DNA of 60,000 nucleotides. Origin: Schmidtea polychroa (taxonomy: Eukaryota). The notes under the pieces are model-generated. The model made no database searches. It worked only from the letters and a program-made list of their open reading frames with translations, and was not told the origin of the DNA. Within the stretch, counting starts at the first letter, position 1; each line of letters starts with the position of its first letter. Made by a program: the position numbers and the translations under genes. The stretch lies in assembly GCA_044892525.1 (NCBI GenBank), contig CM097885.1, positions 3,846,001 through 3,906,000 of the forward strand, read 5' to 3'. Below, piece by piece: positions 52,221 to 60,000 of this stretch.

Positions 52221-52550
52221 TAGGGTTGCCAGGTGAAACCTTAAAGAACACCGGACAAAATTTTAATATAAACCTTAGGCTATGCTGCAATGTAGCTTTT
52301 AGGTGTTTTTTTATTTTTAGAAAATATTTCTTTGACATTTTGTCATGTATAAGTGATATGAAAGCAGATACAAAGTTCGCTTTTTACTAAATTCAACGAC
52401 ATCCGATTACGTTCTTTAGTCCATAGATTGCCCATCACACTAAAAATTCTTTCAACTGTCGCATTCGAAACGGAATCGAATAGAGAAACTGAGCTATTTT
52501 CAATAAATTTGGTGCTGACTCTTTGAATGAAATAGTTCCCCTTTTCAAGT
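52221..52550 (-). mobile_element. hAT (Blackjack-like) 3' end with dimerisation-domain relic
   Basis: VSNATVERIFSVMGNLWTKERNRMSLNLVKSEL on the minus strand; terminal TAGGGTTGCCA at 52221. Confidence 0.8.
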
Positions 52551-53794
52551 TAAGATGTTCTTTCAAGCGTCTCCATTAGTTTGGTGGAACTTCATCCTTC
52601 AATGGCGACAACATCCAAAATTTCATCCAGGCTTACAGAAATGTTACCGTCTGCAAGGCTCAGCTTGAAGGTGCATATTAGGAGAATTCTGGAAATAAAC
52701 TCGTCTTTATAAATGTTTCAATGCTCTTGCTTCTTTATTAAATTTATTCACCTGACAGGGATCTAAATAGTTTTTATCATGGCAAATTTTACTTCCATGC
52801 CACAAATTCGGTGTCCATGTTATTTTTCATTGATTCTCGAAATTTGACCGTTATTAAATAAAGATCACATGCCAGAGTTGTACGAGTTTCTTGAATAAGT
52901 AGAGCTTCTTTGAAAAGAAGACATAAATTTCCTTGACCAGATATCATTGTCCATATTGGTCCTGGACATTCATCTTCGCCTAGAGCTGAAATGTAATAAT
53001 CAGCAATGACACAAATATAATTGCATATTACTTATTCCGTAGGCTAGAAACGTTAATATTAGGAAAGGGAGAATATTTAGCTAAGCATTACCTATGGTGT
53101 TACCCTGTGAATGAATATGAATTAATAACGAGTTGAGGGGATTTGATTTTATTCTTTCTAGCTTCTCAATGTGAAGGTGCGGAAACCTGTACACAGACAA
53201 CATCCTACACTGACATATCGGATGGCATGCATGAAAGGAGCTGTACAACACGGCTGTTTACTCAGAACGGATAGCGAGAAATGCGTCCCAGACTGAGGGC
53301 ATTTGTGTAATGTTTATGAGGGCAATGGAGGCGATTAGATTGGCTTTTCCGCAACCAGCATGAGCATTGGCACGCGGTCTGACCAAGCTTTCAATGGCTC
53401 CTCTACATGGCTGAGATGGATCTGTAAAGCATTAGATACGCCAATGGCATAATGGTAAATTATTATTCATTCCCATTGGTGAGTGAAGGAATAAATAAGT
53501 TCCTTCCTATGGTAAGGACATCAGAATAATCAATAGTGGCCATCAAAGTAATTTCGTCACCTCTCAGGCAGCTGACACGTTTCATCCATATAAAATATCA
53601 CCTTTGTCAGTGGATTAATCGAGGTTCCCTTCATTGAGATTGCGCACTTCCTGCACCGGTTTGCAGGTCCCATAATTGGTTCTGGCGTTCCATTTGCTGA
53701 TAACTGCAATATCATATTGGTATTAGCACTCTATAATTATTGATTTATTTGGTTAATGTCTCAAATTATATAACAAATTAAACTAAAAATGTTT

Positions 53795-54178
53795 CTGAAG
53801 GTGAGAGAAAAATAATTGAACACACCAACACAAAACACATAATGAAAAATGCATGCAAATTTATTATAACCTTTTTTGTTCCGAAATAAATAACCGTTAA
53901 CATATTGTTAACATATTGTTAAAATATAATTATTTCGAAATTATTAAATCATTTTGTAGGAAAATAGTTTTAATTTAGAATCCGACAGCTCTACCTTGAG
54001 CTTCAGAGAAAAAGAAGAAAATACATCGTAAAATTCAATTATAAAATTGATTAGAATATAAACTCTTTAGATTTACAGATATTTCTCAGGATACATTGCC
54101 TTTTCGCGGAGGTGGAAATCTGACAATTTAAGATTTATTCATTAAATTACAAAATATATATTTAATTTAATTATTAAA
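53795..54178 (+). mobile_element. Family A internal fragment
   Basis: Colinear with 4435-4705. Confidence 0.8.
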
Positions 54179-54226
54179 GGTGCTAGAAGGGTACGTAAGA
54201 GACCTTCAACAATACTTGCCTCTCAG

Positions 54227-55055
54227 ATGCAAAAGCGATTCAAATCCAAAGCCGTATCTAATGAACGGGTGCAAGTTCCCGTCAATGTGTCAGAAGGATC
54301 GATGTCCCAGCTGTGTCCTCCTCAGCAACTCTCGTTGGTATCTTCATTTAATGAAGCCGCTACTCACCTTGACAAAATGCGACCAGTGGAAGTTAGTGAA
54401 CTGGTTACTAAAATTAATTCAGATTCTAATGCCAACTTGGGAACTATCACAAATGATTGCAACTCTAACATTTTCCACAAAAGATATTACATCTGGAGTT
54501 TCAATATCGGCGTATCATACTTTAGAGATCATGAGTCAACACTTAGAGGACTATGGGAAGATACAAAGAGTACAAAATTCTTTATCTGCCAGGAGGAACT
54601 GGGTGAAAATGTCTTGAGACATCTTCAGTGCATGCTCCAGACATGCAGAAATAACACGATCTCGGCAATCAGATCAGCATACAAAATACCTTTCGTTAAA
54701 GGGCATTCGGCTGGCAAGAGGAATACCGTACTCGCTTATGCCACGAAATTGGAGACGAGGATCCCCGGATGAATTCAGATCAGCTATGGAACTCCGAGTA
54801 CGAAATATGATGAAAATCATTTTAAAACTGCTCTAAATTCACAAAATTTAAATGATCAACATAAATAATTAAAGAGGAAGAGCCATTCCATTTTTTAACC
54901 AAACGCAAAGTTATCATTGAAAGTTTGATGTCCGAATTTGGTAAAAATACTGATGCCAATATTACAGAATTTATTATTCCAAAAGTAATAAACGTGAATG
55001 AAATGCGTAGTCATATATTTCTGGGTCCAACAGGCATTGGAAATACTTGGATCCG
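54227..55055 (+). pseudogene. CRESS-DNA-virus-like Rep relic (HUH endonuclease plus SF3 helicase start)
   Basis: WSFN (motif I-like), ICQEELGENVLRHLQC (motif II), AYATKLETRIPG (motif III), then FLGPTGIGNT (Walker A with K>N); stops between the domains. Confidence 0.75.
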
Positions 55056-55099
55056 TTCAGTTTTTCGAAATGTTTTTCGAATGTTCCTTCATGTTTCCT

Positions 55100-56100
55100 C
55101 GGCTCGATTGAATAACCCTCGATATCTTCCACGAAATTAACTAGATCTTTCCCTAGAATTTTCTTTCGACCTTCACAAGTTCCATCGGGTCCAATAGTTC
55201 CCCTTCGAGTAATAGGTACTCCTACGGTCTTGCCAACTTGGCTTTAAGTGATGCTTCATTATCAATTCGTAAGGTTCTTGGTCGGAACGCATCCTGGATA
55301 TCCTCGTGTTGTATCGGTATAGGCCGCCTGGATATTAATGTGGCTGACAGAAAGCTGAATAGCGGTGATTTCCACAATAATACTCAAACGCAGTTCTCTG
55401 CACTCTGCATTACTTTAAAGTGGTTCTATAAAATTCACTTTCTTGGTAGACATAATAGATAGCATTTTCTCCTAAATGTACACTCTCTGGATACGCTTCC
55501 TTGCACTCAATTGCATCAACTGATGAGCATATTCGAGTTACCTTTTGGGTCATGACAATCAAACGCTGTCAATGAGCCAGTTTGTGTAAATATCCCCATC
55601 ATTACTAGGAACATTAGGATTATGCTTGTCATATTTCTCGTTCCTGCATTTCCGATATTCAATACCTTCCACGAATTCATAACGCGGTTTTGGATGAATT
55701 ACATAATCCCAAAACTTATTTTCCGTCATCCAGACCTCGAGGTAACAGTCCACTAATTCGACCATTTGATCTATTTCTCGATTGGTGAGCCTTTAATCAT
55801 CTTCGTCTCGGGCTAAGGCATTTAGAATCATCATCGATACTGATGTCAATACCTTCCCTTTTGTTAATCCTTGCTGCACGAATGCCTCTATCGCATCTTG
55901 AATTTTTGCGGCTGGAGTATTTTTTGGTAATTTATCCATTCTTTTTCTGATTGATGCGGATATTTTATGAACTGCAATTTCCTTTATCTTCGGGATTTTC
56001 CATTCCGGCTTAATGTTTCCGATTATTTGCTGTAACATATTGCCATAACAACAACATAAAATTTTTCTGCTACCGTTTCCTCCCTTGCCTGCTGATCTAC
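55100..56100 (-). pseudogene. Decayed coding relic, possibly gag-like
   Basis: Consecutive broken minus-strand ORFs (55793-56038, 55559-55765) in relatively GC-rich sequence; no diagnostic motif. Confidence 0.3.
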
Positions 56101-57399
56101 CTCTTATCTATCCCTGTTAAGGTTTTCATTTGATCTTTTCTGGGACGCCTCGCCAACCTTTCTTTGGTTTCACGGGAGGTTTTACTGGCCCCGGGTTTTT
56201 ATTGCTTGTGACGCGGTTGGGCAAATTGATATAAACCGAAGTTATTCAGTTGATAGAAAAGTGATATAAAATTGTTGGAATTCGAGAATTGAATGGCTGT
56301 CAAGGATTTGAATGAAACTGAGAGGATTTGCCTGACATTGCAGGAGGAATCTGCGGAACATTGTAAAGCAATTCAGAATTTAACGGATCAAGTTGGTCAT
56401 GATCGCGATGTCAATGATTACATGGATCAGAAACTCATCGAGATAAAGGCAGGGTATAAGAATCAATAAATCCTGAAGGTGTGGAGATTTAGAAGCGATT
56501 TGAGGAAGCAAGTCAATTCTATGAAGCTGATATTGATTGGAAGCAAGATTGTGCTGACATTCGGCTGCACAGCTTCCAGGAAAGTCATGATTTTAGAGAA
56601 TCAGTAATGAAAAGGGAAAAGCGGCATTCTGTGAAGGAGAAAAAGAAAATAGTAAACCATTTGAAGCTGGCCTAGAAAAGCGCAAGAGAGAACTGATGAA
56701 ACATTTTACCAAAGAACTTGCAGTGATCGATGAAAACTTTAAATTTTGATTGTGTTATTGATGTTACTTTGTTAATCATTAATTCATGTTTTTATTTTTG
56801 GTGTTTTATCCTTTGCTGAAGCCTTTTTTTATTTTATTCACTCAGATTTATTTACAATCTTTTTAATTAGAAATTGTATATAAAATGTTTATTTAGGGGG
56901 TTAATAGCGAGTAATTTAATGAGATCATGATGTAAATGGTTTAGAAACAAAAACGTGCTGCTATCTAATCATAATTTCTAGTCAAAGTTTGTATAAAAGA
57001 AAAGCTGGTAAACAAACAAATATATTAATAGTTTTATATATAAAATTCTTAATTTTTGATTTTAAATATATCATTAATAAACTACTGATAAATTGTCAAT
57101 ATTATATCTTGATTTTATTATATAAGATTTTATATTGGCAAATAAGCATTAAGAGTTAGGAATGAGAGACGTACACAACCACAATAAGATAACGATTGAA
57201 TATCGTAATTATAAATACAAAGTTATAAGTAGTAATTTAACACCGCACTACAGTGATATTTGATTTCAGAGAGTTAAATTTACTCTAGAAACGCTCTAAA
57301 AGTAACATTGCTACCATTTTGTTGTGTTGTGTAATAATAAAAATAATAATAATAATTATATCAGATGAAAGAGGAGAATGGTAATAATTATTACTATTA

Positions 57400-58690
57400 C
57401 AGGTTTATTCATTTTTATAATTACTTTATTCATTTTTATATCGATATTTATTAATTTTCATATCAGCATAAATAAATTTATTAACAACAAAAGCAATTTT
57501 ATAATACTTTTAATTCTAAAATGTCCCACAAGTTTCAAACATTTAAATAGAGTTTAACACGATAAAACACTTGATTTAAATCAGCAAACTCAAAATCTTT
57601 ACATTCAAAACAGCAAATATATTAAATAAATGGCTGTTTTTGCCTAGCTAGCTCCAACCATCTTTTCATGTTACGAAAAATTCCTAGACATTTTAGAAAA
57701 ACCCCATTTTCTCCTTGCATAACATCATTAATCAATTGGCTAACACTCGCATCAGAATTTAGCAATATTAAGCTTTTAAACCTTGCAATTACCATCGAAA
57801 AAAACTCTTCAATCGGGTTTATTTCAGGTGAATATGGCACTAAATATTTGTATCTGATTTCGTTAAGATTTCTGAAGTTTTATGAAATCTTGCATTGTTC
57901 ATTATTAAAACATTGTTTGGATTACGAGTGAAATATGGAACAAGATCATTTAAAATAAATTCTTTAAATGAGGTAGAATTATACGCGCCCACCTTAGATT
58001 CGTAACATATTAAACCATCAATTCGAATTGCACAAATTATACTATTGTTTATTCCCTTATTTGCTGGTATGCTGATATAAGGTTTCTGATTTACTGGTGA
58101 ATATCCATACCTTCTTTGAGTGTGTAAACTAAATCTAGTTTCATCAAGGAAAATCATATTGCCATCAGAAATTCTGGAAACTTCGTTTGCATATATTGCT
58201 CTTGCATTAATATTAGCTAAAGAGTTACGTTCAATCGGAATTAGGAGAAGCCTTTTTCTTGTTCATGATTGTTTTTTAAGTTTTCTAGACACTCTAGACT
58301 TAGAAATTTGAATGCTACAATTTTCATTGACTGCTTGTATTTATTCTCGTTGGTTAATTGCATTGTTACATGATATTTTATTAAATATAACGTGCTCAAT
58401 TTCAGTATTTATAGAATTACGAATCCTACATGAGTTCTTTCTTTTTTCTCCAACCTCTTCAAATTTTACTCCGTTTTCCTTGCTTATTAATATTTTGTGT
58501 AACTGCAATATTTCAGAAAATGTTTTTATTGTACAATTTTTATCTTCGGCCATTTTTAACACAATTTTGTAAATTTCTCTTGTAATGTTTTTTTTCTCTT
58601 TGCGAGAGATTTAAAAATATATTTCAATATAAAAATTAATAAATGTCGATATAAAATGAATAGATGTAAATATAAAAATCAATAACCATG
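57400..58690 (-). mobile_element. Tc1/IS630-superfamily transposon with ~60-bp imperfect TIRs and TA flanks; transposase pseudogene 57622-58562
   Basis: IFLDETRF, LIMNNARFH and PYSPEINPIEEFFS; 57400-57462 is inverted relative to 58628-58690. Confidence 0.88.
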
Positions 58691-59231
58691 TAATCTAATA
58701 TAATAAAACAATAATAAGGCTAGTTTCGGGTGCAAATTTTACAGATCAGACGTTAATCGGTTCAGTCGTATTTTATATACAGATAACCGACCATAGTTAA
58801 ATAAATACATGACTCAAAGGCAGAACTGAGCCAGGGGGCCACCTTGCAGTTTGCAGAGCATCCGTGGCTCATTTTAATGAGATTCATGGCTGGTCTGATC
58901 AAAATTCGGAGTTAATTACTAGGTAGAATGGATCTATAGAATTGGAGGCGTTTCAGTAGGCCATGCTTGTTATGACAAATCAAGATGAAAAGGCTAAAAG
59001 AGACGTCCAAATTTATTACTGGGTTAGATAAGTGGTGAAAACTGAGCCCGAAATGACATAATCATGAGATATAGGAAAAACATCTAGGTTGCCTTGAAAA
59101 ATGGAAAACATTGGCAGCAAAACTTAGATGACACAAAACTATTGATGGTGAAAGTATTGCTATTATGGTCAGGGAGAAGAAAAAGTGGAGGGATATCTTG
59201 CACAGATCACATTGTTATTTGCAAAGCAAAA

Positions 59232-59997
59232 TGTGATCCTAGTGAAAATATGAAAAAAATCGTGTATGTTTATTATAAGAGAAATTCTTAGAGCCCAGCA
59301 GAGTCTCCCTTAAAACTTGTTTTGGCACTGATGACTATATGTTACGTGTATTACTGTAGTAGCAAGCAAATGTGTAAATTGTTTAAATAAACAAAGAATT
59401 AAATATTATGAAATTTATTTACACAACAATAATAATACCAACCTTGAGTTTCTGGGGATTTCCTTTTTAAATTGAATTGTAATAATTTTTTTACTAAAAG
59501 GAAATCTAGATAATTACGCGACCAAATTAAAATAATATTTTTTGATTGTGATAATGAAAGATATTAGATATCGGATGGCATATTTTTTGTACAAATGTAT
59601 ATTATAATTATTGTTCGATATTATACGGAATGATTTGTTGAGTAATAAAGGATAATTTAATTTATAGTGGGGTAGGGTCCGAGATGGAACTTCTTTCTGC
59701 TATCACTTATAATTGATATACGATCAGGAACAGTTTATATTATTATAGAATAGAATTGAAACTGAATCTGTTTTCCTTTTATAATAACCGAATATATTAT
59801 TTTCCAAAAGTTTCTAGTCTTAAATTTTTGAAATGATTTTTTAAATTTGTAATTTTTCTATAGTGATAATTTACTATAATAGATTATCACTATATAGTTT
59901 TGTTATTTATTAAATATATTGTACAGAGAAAATCAACAATATAGTAAGGATCTTTATTACAATTTCGATTAAAAAAATAATATAACGTTGTACTACA
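59232..59997 (-). mobile_element. Solo LTR-like repeat (family C)
   Basis: Minus strand starts TGTAGTA, carries the TATAGTGATAAT hairpin and GGAGACTCTGCTGGGCTC motifs, and ends TCACA. TSD cannot be checked at the window edge. Confidence 0.6.
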
Positions 59998-60000
59998 TAA

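Noticed and set aside
52560..53710. Relatively GC-rich, coding-like stretch
   Set aside because: Frames I checked were broken and no motif was recognised; left unannotated.
56293..56745. Broken plus-strand coiled-coil-like frame (MAVKDLNETERICLTLQEE...)
   Set aside because: Stops and frameshifts, single copy, no recognisable domain.

Overview
AT-rich, repeat-dense eukaryotic DNA with short GT-AG introns (about 40-60 nt) and long (AAT)n tracts. It resembles a planarian or other invertebrate genome, but that is inference only. Host genes: the 5' part of a BET-family bromodomain gene and a cluster of TRAF-like genes (RING, Zn finger, coiled coil, MATH). The TRAF cluster holds two apparently intact genes (one with tandem MATH domains), a frameshifted pseudogene, a truncated copy and a fragment. 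There is also a decayed RNF115/126-like ORF and an RNF115/126-proteasome alpha chimera. The rest is mobile DNA: a Penelope-like RT/GIY-YIG ORF with a candidate minimal hammerhead, hAT and Tc1/IS630 relics, TA-flanked TIR elements, Ty3/gypsy gag relics, solo LTRs, a LINE relic and a CRESS-virus-like Rep relic. The most unusual signal is a family of ~3.7-4.1 kb TGTTGG...CCAACA elements, present as six whole or partial pieces. They carry a CCAAT/TATA promoter, a predicted ~2 kb intron containing a covarying RNA structure, a spliced ORF for an unrecognised CxxC/coiled-coil/Arg-rich protein, and a second covarying structured module near the 3' end. This layout recalls retroviral Rev/Rex plus response-element systems. 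All alignments and folds were done by eye; many repeat boundaries are approximate.
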